A stretch of DNA of 64,000 nt from Lepidodermella squamata (GCA_047495785.1 JBLDXI010000013.1:3534001-3598000); one strand, 5' to 3'; counted from the stretch's first letter, positions 51,294-64,000 are shown. Numbers and translations are program-made. Notes: generated by a model from the letters alone, not told the origin.

Positions 51294-52220
51294 ATGGACC
51301 ATCCTTGCCAGCTTCACGGCATCGTTAACTGCAGTTCCTGCCAGTAAGTCGAGCCCAATTAAAGCATGCGCAAAAGGGTTAAACTTGTTGATTACTTTTA
51401 TTTAGTCATTCTCGCCGGCGAAATGCATCTGGCTCAGAAAAACCAGAGAGCAGCAAAGGCCACAAACGGCAACGTCGGCCCTCGGAGTCGTCTTCGCCCG
51501 TCGATCTGAGTGGATCCAAAGTTCGGCGTAGCTTGACGGGAGCCTTCAACTCTAGCTCACACGAAGACGATCGTCACCTAAGATCAGGGCACCATCAAGA
51601 TCAAGGTCACGCCGCAGGTCATCGGCCGAGGTCACTGGGCGCTTCAAATTATGAGACAATAGATGACTCCACGGCTAGTAATCAACCGATGGATGAATCT
51701 TCCAGGCCTAACCGCGTGATCAAAAAAGCCGTCCGAAAATCGAAACACGTGGCACCCGAAGATCCCTGGGTGATGAGGCAGCCTCGATCGAACGATGGCG
51801 CTTGGGGCTTCGTCGATACGCCGCCGAGTTCTGTTACAAGTGGAGGATCTAGCCAGAAGTGGAATCCTATGGCGGCTCGGGGTGCGACATCGGACGGTTC
51901 TTTCGATTTCGGCAACAGCCAGTTTAATGATTTCAGCTCGATGCGCAGGAGCACGCCGAATGAGTCGTCTCTTGCTAGGTCGATGCCATCTACCTCTAAG
52001 TAGGTTATATTTTCATTTTTTGAGGTCGGGCTCATTATTATTTTCATATAGTGCGAGCCGGAGATTGGCATTTCCAACACCGACGAAAATCGATGACCTA
52101 ACGGCGGGCTTCCGAAATTTGAATGCCCATCAAGATTCGTCCTCGGATAGCGATGATCAAGACAGCGGAATAAACAATTCGAAAAGCAGGACTAAGAAGC
52201 CAGCACCGAAGCGGCGATAA
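51294..52220 (+). CDS. CHCC-knuckle disordered basic protein 2, 270 aa (exons 51294-51343, 51406-51999, 52052-52220)
   Basis: MDHPCQLHGIVNCSSC; both introns phase 2 at positions equivalent to gene 41680; ends KSRTKKPAPKRR. Confidence 0.8.
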
Positions 52221-52470
52221 GCGATGATCTCATTCTGATGCCGGTCATTTCCAATAAAATGAAATTATCAGAGATTGATGATTTTTTTTATATAAAACCC
52301 AGAAATGAGCGTAGAAATGATCCAAGAACCTTAATTTCATTTATTGATCCTTATTAATTTCTGGAAGTAGGACTTTCCTAGTAGGATTAAAATCTGATTT
52401 CTGATCAGCTCGGCACCGTTTATTTATACTTGCAGAAATATGGATTGTTTTTCCTTCATTTTCATGCAAT

Positions 52471-54276
52471 TCAAGCCAAAGTGTAGGGCATGAGCTGTTC
52501 ATTAACTTGGCCAGGTATGTTAGATGCATCCAGATTACCCGAAGGGCCATAGTTGCAAACCTTAAGAGTAAAAGCGTGTTAATTCATGGAATAGGTGTTT
52601 TCCTTACCTGGAGGAATGGCAAACGGCGATTCTTGCAGTAAGCCCAGCCACAGCTGCGAAATGTGAAAATTGGAAATCCCCAAATTACCTGGCTTCTATG
52701 AAACTCACCCGACAAATCGGGTCCTTTGAGCTACGACTAAGTGAAATTATTTCAATAGAATCGACTGTCCGCATGATAACTTTAAACAATCATACCCTGA
52801 GTGTAATGTCCGACATCACCTGTAGCGCCTTCCTTTTTACCCTTGCCATATTCGAAATCCTTCTGCTCATTGGCCTAGATCAAAATGGGATAAAGTAAAC
52901 TAGCGAGGCATAAACCTTGAAAATTACCCACGAGTCGATGCATTTGGACAAGGATTGGTTGTAAGAGGCAGAGCAGATGTTCTGGCCAGCACTGTAGTAC
53001 TCGCCAGGGGTGGAACGGAATTCCTTCAGAGAGCGGTCCTCATTTGGGTCGTGCCCCTCACGGCACTGAGCAGCCCAGCTAATTCAAACATATAGAGATC
53101 GGACCTAAGAGTTTTACATTTGGAAGGGACGCTACCGCTCGGCTAGAATGGCGAGCTCGGGATCCCACTGGAGCTTGCCGAGGTTCTTGGCCGGAGGGTC
53201 GACGATACCTGGGTTTTAATTGGAAATCAAAAGATTCACAATGCGTTATGATAAACTCACTACGCCAGCAGTTGTGCCGGTCGAGAACCTCTTGGATAGA
53301 GACGCCATACAGTTCGTCAGCAATATCGTCATAGCAGCGAGTTTTAGGGCCAGTGATGTTGCCCTTACATTGAGACTTTCAGCAAAGATAACGTACATTT
53401 CATTTTGGAGATAGAATTGCGGTATACTTACGCCCCTAGCCGGCGTTGAGTAAGGAGCAGTCGGAATGATCTCTGGGCCGCATTTCGAGCTGTAATTTTC
53501 GTCAGTAATAGGGCATGAATACTGGGGAGCAGACCACTGGCCATTGGCGTCCTGCACGATTCTAGCGTTGCCGATGACTTTTCCATTTGAGCAACAGAAC
53601 TCAGCCCAGTTCCCGCCCCAAGAGCACAAGTAGGACCCTAAAATATGCAAATGATAAGATGGCGAGAATTCACAGAGACGTCATGGACCTTGGACACTGG
53701 TTGTGACATTAGGTTTAGCCAGTGGCGCAGCGGTGTTTTGGTTCGCAGAGCATGAGCACTGAGGCGTGGACCACTGGCCACTGGCGTCTTTCGTTATCGT
53801 GGGGTCGCCAGTCATGTTACCATTCAAGCAGCAAAATTTAGCCGACGTCGTGCCCCAGGAGCAGATGTAAGCCCCTGAAATATGAGTTTGATTGATATGG
53901 AAATCTGACAGAGAACGCTTTCTCACCTGCGACAGTGACGTTGGGCTTGACAAGAGCTGCAGCGGTCACAGGTTGAGTTGTGGCTTGATCTACGGCGCAT
54001 GAGAACTTGGGAGTAGACCACTGGCCGTTAGTGTCTTGCCAAATCCTGGGGTCGCCAGTGAGGTTACCCTTCAAGCAGCAGAAATTAGCCCAGTTTAACA
54101 GCGTGCCGTTTACATTCGAGTTGCCCCAAGAGCAGAGATAGGTACCTGAAATACTAGCTACGGTAAAATTGCGAAATTCTGGTGAAATACTGCTCACCTG
54201 CAGGAGCAGTCACATTGGGCTTTTGAGCCTGAGCGGCAGCGACGATGCACGCAGCGATAGCAAAGATAAAGGCCAT
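52471..54276 (-). CDS. Secreted CAP/SCP protein with three N-terminal Cys/Trp modules, copy 2 (inverted paralog)
   Basis: Same exon structure and motifs as 47628-49474; about 400 bp of upstream sequence also homologous (47220-47630 versus 54280-54700). Confidence 0.9.
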
Positions 54277-55518
54277 GATTTAGCGTAAATAAGCATTTCA
54301 ATCCAGCGAGCGACCCGCTTGTTAAATAGATATAACATTAGTTTAATCAGCTGCAGTTTTCAAGAGAGTTTCGCCAGGGTTCAGCAACCTCCGCTAAGTT
54401 GACAACCTAATTGTTAAAGACATCTTAACAGCGGCATTTGATATCGGTTTTTGCGGCGGCGTCAACACCTGAAAAAACTCGGAACTGCGAGGAGGGGAAA
54501 ACGGGTCGATTACATCGGAACGTAGATTTCGTAGATTATGTTTCGATATTTATTTTCAACCGCACATGTGCCTACACGTTTTAGCCCACGCCGAAATGTG
54601 AGTGAGTGAAAAATAACAGTTTTATAAAGCGCGAGTGTTTATTTTTCGTCAGGCTGAAATCTGAAGTTAAGCTAGTACATCAAACAAAACTAAAAGGTTA
54701 ACGGAGATGAGTTTGACCTTCTAGTTTAACAAATCATGGTCACTGTCCACACTTGGGCTTTTTATAACCATTTCAGGCAAGATGGTTTTTCAGGCTACAA
54801 CGAAGCCAAAGCCGAGACCTCTATAACGAAACCGGTCGGAGGCCAGTCGGATCTCTAAGAAACCAGGACCCGCGGAACCTAGAGGCAGATAATAGTTTGA
54901 TATAATCACATTACGTTCAACTTATTTCTCATTACTGGATTACAAATCTGGCACTTGTTCCTCTCGGCGTGACCCACATCTCGACGCTTGCTGCCGATCA
55001 AACAGGGAAGGCAAATTAGAATATTTGAGCACATTTTATACACATCTTGCACAGTCTTGCATGCCTGAGTCAAAAATATCCAAGCTCATTTCGAGTTTAT
55101 AGACAATTTATCAAATTTGGCCTGCCGAAAAAGTTCATAATCAAAAGAAAAGATAGGTATAAAATAAAAAAAAACCTCTTATGCAGCGAATGAATACGCG
55201 ATGGCTTACGTCTCTTCATTCAACGCTAGAGGGCGTATGATCGAACTAATAAGGACAATTATTCATAGAATTAACAAAAATGTTAGTGCAACCAGATATA
55301 CCTTATGTAATTTCAAAAGGTAAAATGCCGATACCGACAGCACGAGCAACCTCTCACGAGTTGATGGCGTTAAGACAGCGGATCCTTGGGCTTTTAGCGT
55401 CATGTACGATGCGCACTCGTTGAGGGCTTTGTTGATATACGACACACGCGCGAGTACTCCCTTAAGGTTGTTGCACTGGGACTTAGTTTATTCCTCACGT
55501 TTAACCACAAACGAGAAA

Positions 55519-58327
55519 ATGAACCTCCGATTTTGTTTGTATCTGGTGCTGCTCTCACCGTCCTATACCCTTGCTTGCAGTTCCGATGTCCAATCAGCCC
55601 TTCTGGTAAGGAAGAATCAAATCCCTGTTTCGGCTGTACCACATTTCTTCCCTATGCTTTTTCAGCCAACCAAGCAACCAGCCATTGGGGGATCGAATCA
55701 ACGTATAAGCGGATACTTACGCTGCGTTCAACAGCGAACTGGCAGTCGCGTATGTCGCCAGACTGAATGCTCAGCGAACGAGATTAAAGTTTGTTTCAAG
55801 ACCTGAATCCGAATCTATCTATCTCCCATTTTCCACAGTACCCAATTAGGGTGTTTGATTCTCAAGCAGAATGCGAGGCGATAAGTGCGTTCAAATTATG
55901 CTACGACTACGACATTTCCGCCCAGGAACCAACAAATCGCGGCTCTTGCATAATCGATACAAAGCCATGCGACGTCCCAACAAAGTTCGAAACTCCAATT
56001 AGGTTCGATGACGCGACGAGCTGTTCGAACATTGCTGTGACCGCTTGGATTCGGTGCATTACAAATCAGGGCGGCACACCGGGTCGTGTATGCCGGCCTC
56101 AAGCATACGGATGCTCGTCAGAGTTCAAAGAAATCCAGTCACCGGACGCGACACAGGCCCGATCTTTGAACAGTAACAACGTTTTTGCCGTAGTTTCAAC
56201 TAGCATCGAGCAATGTCATAGCATGACGGTGAGTTATTTCCGAAAATGATTGTGACAAAATATTGGTATGTCTTGCAAAATTAAGCCGCAAGTGAAATGC
56301 TTCGACATTGCAACTAACGGTTTGACATGCGTGGATGATTTCATCGGCTGCCGATCTACTACGGCGATTCGAGTCGCATCCCACATGTTATTCGCGAATT
56401 CCGAAGCCTGTGAAGCCTACTCGATGGTAAGTCAGACTATTCCCAACAGTTTGCCTCAACAAAGAGGTTTTCCTTTCCCAGCCGCAATGGATTAGATGCG
56501 TCGACAATGCCAATAGTGCTTTGGCTAAATGTGTGCCTTATGATGTCAATAACCAGCGAGACTGTCCTTCCACATTGAACAGCCATCAGTTGCCAAAGGG
56601 AACGCTATTCGGTTCTTTAGAGCAGTGCACTACTTTCCGTGAGGTAAGAAGTCGTTAATCATGGTTGTTATCGAAACTCTTTCATTGGACGAATAGCCTT
56701 ATGTGCGGTGTTGGGACGTTGTGAACAACGTTGCAGCTAACACGCTTTGCGTCCCTCAATCGATCGGTTGCCAGAGTCAGAATGCAGTTCAAATACCATC
56801 CACAGTATTCACCGACGCCCAAGCCTGCGGCGGAGCACAATACGTTCACGTAAGTCCTCTTTTGCTGGTTTTGATTTGGCCAAGTTAAGCCTCTCCTGTC
56901 CAGTCCGTGTGGATGCGCTGTGTTGGAACTGGTGATCAGGCCATGGTTGTTAGATGTCGACCCTATGACGCGCAGAACTTTGCCGCTTGTCCGCGCAACG
57001 AGATGCAGTTACCGGACGGAGAAACGCGCTTTGGTTCACTAGAATCTTGCACGGCTGCTACTGTTGTACGTTTTCAAATAGATTCGGCGCTATCTTCATA
57101 GCAAGATTCCTTCATTTGACAGACTGAGTATGTGCTATGTTTCGATCTCAATTCAATGACTACGTCTTGCCGAGTTGCAAATGGTGGAACTTGTCCTGCT
57201 GGCTACGTAAGTTCGAAATCTAAGGGAGAATTTCAGAAACCTCCATAGTAGTGGGGGAATTTAAGATTGACAAAGTCCTTTCATGACCAAATGTAAAACA
57301 GCAGGGTTTGCAATAATTTGTCCTAATTTCTCGTAGAAACTAACTCCATCGGATGGTACTCGTTTCTACAGCTTCGAAAAGTGCAACTCATGGCCTGGAC
57401 TTGTGAGTTCATTCGTTTTTCCTCTTTTCCGTCGTTGAAGTCACGTTTCAGCGGTTTATCCGATGTTTGCAAGCACCGAATCGAAACTGCATCCCAGAGA
57501 TGTTCCAACGCGGCGAATCACGAGGCTGTAAAGCTCTGTCCGCTGACCCTACAAAAGTCTGGCAAAACTCTCCGCCCGATGTAACGTATAGCTCCGTGCA
57601 GAACTGCCTCGCAGCGGAACCTCACGTCGCCTGCTACTCGGCCACGCTCAATCTGGTTCAATGCCAACCAGACACGCTTGGCTGCTCGCGGCTCGGCAAC
57701 GATTTCGAAGTGCTATCCTCATCTCCCATGTTCACCTCCCTCGGCTCTTGCCTTCTCTACTCGCCACCAGCTGTATTGCGATGCACAAACCGTCTTAGTG
57801 GAGCCGTAGCATGCCGACCGTCCTCAGTAGGGTGCCTAACAGCCTCAGGCGAGTATGCTTCATCTGCCGTGTTGTACTCGAGTTCTCTCGAATGCGCGAA
57901 TGTCATCGAGTTCTACGCCTGCTACGACACATTGCGGCCAACGGCACCTGTGACATGCCGCGCGTCACGTGACAGCTGCCCGGCTGGTTCTGTGCCTCTC
58001 CGCTTGCCTCAAACCGCCGATTTGCGAACATTCAGCGATTTGGCTACATGTTCAGCTTTCGATAGGGTTAGTAATTGCACTATTGCTTCATATTCGAGGA
58101 ATCCCATCGAATTTCATTAAGGGTGTCTGGCATCGGTGCCAAGCTGCTGATGGCTCGCTGACTTGTCGGCCTCTTGACGCTGAAATTGATCCGACCGATC
58201 CAACTCGTACGGCCAAGTGTCGACGAGATGAAATTGTAAGTTTCCGATGAAATTACAAAAACAATTATAAAACTGTTTTCAATTATAGCCAAGTACGTCT
58301 TCATACACGACTTCATCTTGCACTTGA
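55519..58327 (+). CDS. Secreted protein composed of about 13 tandem four-cysteine modules
   Basis: Signal peptide MNLRFCLYLVLL; spliced product repeats C-x7/15-C-x4/16-C-xn-[FY]-x-[SD]-x3-C. Confidence 0.75.
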
Positions 58328-58654
58328 TCAGTAAGAGAAAAAACGAGGGTTCGAAACTCCCGAAATTCGATTGAATCAACGTGAAGACTTCATAGATTTC
58401 AAAAAGTAGATTTCATTACTGTGCTGTATTGGTCAATAAATCAAGTAAATAAGAAGAATTTCGGAATCCTATGGGAGCTGGTTGCAGATAAGCTTGGTTT
58501 ACCCAGCGTTATATAAATGTTTAAAAATCCTTAAAAATTTCAAATCTTGAAATTCAAAAATTCGTAAAAAAATCCAACTCAAAATGTAGCTCAAAATGTA
58601 ATTATCCTTCGTAATGTGTAACTTTATTTGAATCGTTCGAAACTCCTTTGAAAA

Positions 58655-59181
58655 ATGTATTGCCAAAAACGCGACCGATCGACGTCGAGAAGCCGGCAGC
58701 AGGCAACGCCGGACAACGTTTACAGCTTCGACGAGATCAGGCAAGCGATGGAGAAGGCTGGAGAGCCAGTGAAAACAGTTGCTTATCCCAAGGTTGATAT
58801 GAAATCTGCAGACACTGAAACCGAAATGGCGAAGTACTACAACAATCGCGAGCCGATCACCACGCGCAAGTTAACATTTTCCAATAGCCAAGACACTCCG
58901 CAACCGATCGGTTCGACCATCAGCAGGTATGATGTTAGAATTACTAACAAATTTTCCTAATTTTTTTTCTATGATTTTCTAGTTATGCTCGTTCGCGGCT
59001 GCTAGACGATCTTTCCGCTTCGAGTCCTTCGAGCAGCTCCAGAAATATCACTCCAGATGACCTGAAAATGAATAAATTTACAGCTTCATCTTCGAACAGC
59101 CTTCCGCTAGCTACTCGCCGCAATCGATCTCGAAGCCGCAGTAAATCAAGAAAGCGATTTAGGTCAACTAAGAGAAATTGA
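58655..59181 (+). CDS. Disordered basic protein, 156 aa (exons 58655-58926, 58983-59181), knuckle-less family member
   Basis: Phase-2 intron before YARSRLLDDL; tail RSRSRSKSRKRF; AATAAA downstream. Confidence 0.7.
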
Positions 59182-59541
59182 AGACAAATTAGTGGAAAAT
59201 GGTCTCAAAGTTTCTCTTAAAGAAACAAATTGAGGATGGTAAATAAAATAAGCTTTCATGAAGTTATCAGTAATTTTGAAAGTCACTTTTATCATCCGGA
59301 GTTCAAGTCCGAAAACTGAACACTAATTTACCTGGCAGTGGAATTTCATTTTCAGTTTTTAGATTTTTTTCCGGAATAATTCTCAGTCGAGCGAAGAGGG
59401 CAAAAAATATATTTGAGCAGTTAATCATTAGGTAGCAAAATGTCGCGATAATTCAGAAATAAAAAATGCACCTTAATGGAATGATGAGCAATAATTGTAA
59501 AATTGGTTAAAATCGAGCACGGAATTTTTTTCAAACTCGAA

Positions 59542-59912
59542 ATGGCATCACAGCGTTGTCGCGATCATCGTTTGATTCATTGCTACCATTGCTCATGGGG
59601 CCGCGTCGATGTTGAAAAGTAAGTATGGCAAACCAAACACTTAGCCAATGAGGCTCGCTCATATTTTCCGTTTAAAGACCGCTCCAAGTTCAATGGCCTA
59701 GCAACATTCAAAATACAAATCGCCAAAATAAATCCGGCGAGCGGAACGCAGACAAGCAATTAGCTGGCAGTTCGGCTGAATCTTTCCAGGTCGACGACAT
59801 GGAAAAGCTGGCTCAGGTGCTGGAAAATTCAAGACAAATCCGCCCAATGCCTCGCAGGATTTTAAAATTGTCGCGACCGAGAATCAGCAGTCAGCCGAGT
59901 AAAGAAAATTAA
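59542..59912 (+). CDS. CHCC-knuckle small protein 3, 103 aa (exons 59542-59618, 59678-59912), absent from the ORF track
   Basis: MASQRCRDHRLIHCYHC; GTAAGT donor; frame closes; AATAAA at about 59957. Confidence 0.7.
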
Positions 59913-60223
59913 ACAAAAATCGAGATCTAGCGCCAGAATACTGAGTCAAAATGAACAATAAACATGATCAAAAACAATTTCAATAATTGATTTTTTGATT
60001 TTTCATTGTCAAGAAAGAGATAGTTCGGAGAGAGGTGGATGTTGGGGTTCAAGATTTTTTAGTTAAATGTCAAATTTCGAAAAAATCTTCCTTATTTTTA
60101 TCTTCTCTCTGATTACCACTTATTGTTACGTCATCCAATCGCCGTCGTGTTCTATAAAACGACGACAACATAATACGCCTAAATTTTTCACTCACCCTCT
60201 TATGTGATTTTACACTCCGGAGA

Positions 60224-60822
60224 ATGAGCCTTCGATCGACCATCAGATTTCACCTATTAGCAAAAGCGTGCTGCGGACTACTTGCTGTTTTGACGCTCAT
60301 CTTCGCCGCCGCTGGCCTAGTTCTTACTGAGTATCATGACAAATTTCGAGGCGATAAAGTCTATTTCATCACTGGCTTCGCGATCGCAACAGCTTCGGCA
60401 GTTGTCGAGCTGTTTTTCGGCTGTTTTATCAACGAAATTACCCTTGGCCTGAATTTTTGTAATTAAATAATTTCAATTGAATTTCTTTTATTTTTCCAAT
60501 TTCTTCAGGTGAATTTGTTGCCATGGGCGTGGTATTTATGGCCTCGGTTTTCAGCTTCATCGTTCTCGCAATGGCTATATCAAGCGGGTCACTTATTGCT
60601 CAATCAAGCGCAGCAGGGTGTATCAACGGCTACGGCTGTGCCAACATTGTAGCAATCATCTGCTTAGCCCTATACGGCGTTCGCCTCATCGCTGCAGTAG
60701 TCGGTCTCGTCATCGCTATAACAGCCCTTATTTCATTTTGCTGCCTTGTCGCGAACGCTACGTCATTCGCAAGTGCTGTTGTATATCGACACGATGAATG
60801 CGGTGCGAATGATCACATTTGA
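60224..60822 (+). CDS. Four-transmembrane protein (MS4A/CD20-like topology)
   Basis: Two exons, four hydrophobic helices, Cys pair in the second loop, CC after TM4. Confidence 0.65.
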
Positions 60823-60886
60823 AATAAAAAACTGGTTTTTTACTGACATTTATAATTAGATTGAAAAATGCTGGTAATAATTTTTT

Positions 60887-63669
60887 TTAACATGAGCATT
60901 GAGGCATTGCAGTCCACGTGCCGTCGTCATTGCAGATAATTTTCGAATCACCTATCATTTTGAAGCCGGTATAACAGCGGTAGACGAAAAAGCTGCCAGG
61001 CTTGTACACAGCCAAAGGATCGTCTATTCAAGAAATAATCGCTTTAGTCTGTTACCCTGTTTGCATACTCAACTTACTTCCATTGTATAAAATGTTTTCA
61101 CTGACAATCTGAGAATAAGCCGGAGTTACAGGCTGGCTGCAGCGAGGTAAGCCAGGACTTGGAGGCCTAGTCGAGGAAGGCCCAGCAACGGGTGTTGTAG
61201 TCGGGACGGGCGTGGGTGCAGGGGGTGGCGGCGTTGGTGAGGGGGTCGGGGATGGCGTGGGTGGCAGGGTTTGCGTGGGCGCTGGAGTTGGCGCTGGTGT
61301 AGGTGCTTGAGTCGTTGGCCTAGTAGTTGGCGGCTGGGTGGCTGGAGCAGAGCCAAATCTAGCCGCTCGGCCAGGCTCACAAACGTAGGTAGCTCCACTC
61401 CATGTACCATCGTCCAAACACGTCAATATACCAGTCTCGTAGTTATCACCAATGCACGCGTCTTTGTTTTGAGGTTAAACTTCATATTTCATCAAGCGAA
61501 GAGACTTACATTCAATGAACTCGCCGATATTCATCACAGTATCTGAGCCGGCGGCAGATGTTAAAGGTGGGCCTTGTGGAACTTTGCAGCAACCTGGTTG
61601 GATCTGCTCTGTTTTCACCCCCTTCCCACTTGCTAGAACGCTTTGAGATGCGCTCTGGCAATACATAGCATTCGAGGTCCAGGTTCCATCAGCTTGACAC
61701 CGCACTGTGCCCCAGATTGTAAAACCCTTCTGACAAGTGTATTGGACCTGGCAAATAATCCGTGACAAACCAGAATTGTAAATGACAATGGGACGCACCT
61801 TTTCACTTGTGTTGTAGCGGCTAGCAAGCGGAGCGCCGTTGTTCGACATGACTAGAGAATTTCGAGGCAGCTCCGGTTGCGGGCAGGTAGACTTAACAGG
61901 TGTACGTTTGCATTCCATCTTACTATCAGTCCAATTTCCAGTAGGTTGACACGTGACATTCGTACCACCCGAAACAAGATTGAAGCCATCAACGCATTGA
62001 AAGTTGACAACATCGCCAATTTGGAAAGGGCTCTTCGACGGCGTGATTTGTTTAGCATTGCATGGCACGATCGGTAGCTTACATGTTATAGCTGTTATTT
62101 GAGACGCAAAAGCATTAAATAGGATGATGTGAAATAGGTTTTAGCTTACGCTTTGGTTTGCATGTGAATGCAGGCTTTGTCCAAGTGCCGTCGCTTTGGC
62201 ACGACACCTGGGCACATGATGTATCACTGCATGTCGCTGTAATGTCGTAGCCAGGCTTGCATTCATAAGTTATACACTCGTCGACCATAAATTTGCCATC
62301 CGATGGCAGTTGCGAGATTTCCTAATGAAATTCAAATCTTGGAATGGCTGAATTTTGATATAATCCAAGCACAAACCACAGCACCCGGTGGCGGCTGAGG
62401 CATGGTACAAGGGAACAAGTTAGTCGGAAGAGTTGCCGGGCCTTCATGAGGACCATTTCCTGTAGCGTTGCAAACAATTGTAGCTGGTGACCAAGTTCCA
62501 TCCGGCTTGCAAATCAGCCTAAATATCGGGTTGTAATCGGTTAACTGTTGGGGCAAAATTTACTTCTCCACGGCTGGTTGAATAAAACCTGGGCTGCATC
62601 CAATGACGATGTCACATCCGACGGGAAATGTGACCTGTTGACTAAGGATTTGAGTGTTTGGCGGCAGAACCGGCGGGGAGCAGCTGCTAGCTATACTTCC
62701 ATCTTTCACGCAGTAAACATTCGAAGTTGACCTAGGAACGATTTTGGGATTAGAGGGTTAGTAGCGAAGTTTGACAAACCAGTTGCCACTAGTCATGCAA
62801 GCTACTCGTCCCTCGCCAACCTTTCGGTAGCCATCGTTACAGGCGTATTGCACTATAGATCCGACCGGGTAATTCCCATCCAGCGCAGCCGGTGGAATGC
62901 TAAAAAAGATGTAATGATCCCGAAAATCGTTAGTTTCGGTTATAGTTTATACCTTTGAATAACGCCGTTACTTGGAGTCCTTGAACTCGGAATCGGAGGG
63001 CATCTTCCCTTTCCGGGCACTGGCTTCGACGTAGGCAGGCTCTTAGTTGTAGTCTGCCGTGTATTGCCGGACATTGGCGTAGCAGAAGTTGAAGGCGCCG
63101 CATTAGGATCTGGTGTTGAGACACCGGCTAGACAAGCTGATGGAAGAAATAGATTACGGCCGAAACAGCGCGGGGAAGAAAGAGGCTCGCAAATGCCAGG
63201 GTGAGTCAACTGGGCTGGTATTGTGACAGCAGGAATAGCCCCGGGGACCCAAGAGCAATTGGGATCTCCAAGTTCCTAAACCGAAATTTCTCAACATTTC
63301 CTTTCTTGGCTATAGAAAGGCATTACTTGGCCATTCGTTCTACCATCGCCGTCGCTATCCAGCCGGCATAGACCAACCTGCCATCTACTCCCAGCGGCTT
63401 TGAAGTCAATGCCGAAAGGGTTTAGATTGCCACCGCCATCTACCAACTCATGACCAACTTGAAATTAAAGCGTTTTTTTCAGAATAAAAAAACAAATTTG
63501 AGCGATGATATATACCTCCTTGCCATGTAAGATTTCTGTTGCATGGGTTTGGCACACGTGCGCCATTTGGCAGAAGGTTCTGAAACTTGGGCAGGCTGAA
63601 AACCGCGGGGACTAATGTACAGCTGAACAGAAAGAGAAAAAACTTCGTACAAAAAGTCATTTTTTTCAT
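60887..63669 (-). CDS. Secreted temptin-domain protein fused to about 7 Sushi/CCP domains with Pro/Thr linkers
   Basis: LPNG..VPNPC..WQGVGH..GGG.LNPFG.DF..LC.LDSDGDG.TNG.ELGDPNC.W..HPGICEP (temptin); seven C..P..Y.C..G[YF]..C..G.W..C units. Confidence 0.85.
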
Positions 63670-64000
63670 CAACAGAAATATATCGTGTTCAGAGGCAGAA
63701 ACAAAATTTCAGTACAAAATGCGATATATATGTTGGTTGGGGAGGGGTGGCCACGCATTAACGCATCGCCGTGGAATCTTCTTTTCAGTAACATGGCTAA
63801 TATCTTTATTGATATGTACATCAGCATTTTATTAACGTAGGGGTGACGGTTTCGTGCGCGAAACTGCGCCCAGGTTTAATGACAGAAAAAAAACGTGTGA
63901 GATATATTAAAACTAACGTTTCGGTGCGTTTCGCCCTTGTGTAATAAGAATCCAGCATATGAAAAACCGCAGAATATTCCTTTCAGAGAGTTTAGAACAA

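Noticed and set aside
60446-60508. Additional GC donor in the tetraspan gene
   Set aside because: An in-phase GT donor at 60459 gives a normal 50-nt intron.

Overview
Gene-dense eukaryotic (invertebrate animal) DNA, not prokaryotic. Most introns are 50-65 nt. Temptin and Pif-type architectures point to a spiralian/lophotrochozoan with a compact genome (inference). About 22 intron-containing or small genes were reconstructed by hand: two PAN+fibrinogen-like paralogs, two KxKxx-ending membrane microproteins, a septin/AIG1-like GTPase, a RING/TRAF-type E3, a Pif-like VWA-chitin-binding-LamG gene, a Cys-loop receptor, a sigma GST, a divergent nuclear receptor, an inverted pair of CAP/SCP genes, a secreted protein of 13 alternating 4-Cys repeats, a tetraspan protein, a temptin-7xSushi fusion, an orphan and a pseudogene. 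Intergenic DNA and the few long introns hold many MITEs and CR1/L2-type LINE pieces. Best candidate for an undescribed system: five co-oriented, fast-evolving genes (41.7-59.9 kb), mostly missed by the ORF track. They share, to varying degrees, a CxxH-x4-CxxC N-terminus, intron positions, a 5' motif, a disordered body, RxL cyclin-docking-like and NES-like motifs and a basic RS tail. Also notable: a MITE carrying TTAGGG repeats, a MITE with two outward-facing tRNA-like units, and frequent GC-AG introns and AAG acceptors. Gene models are manual; no database searches were run.
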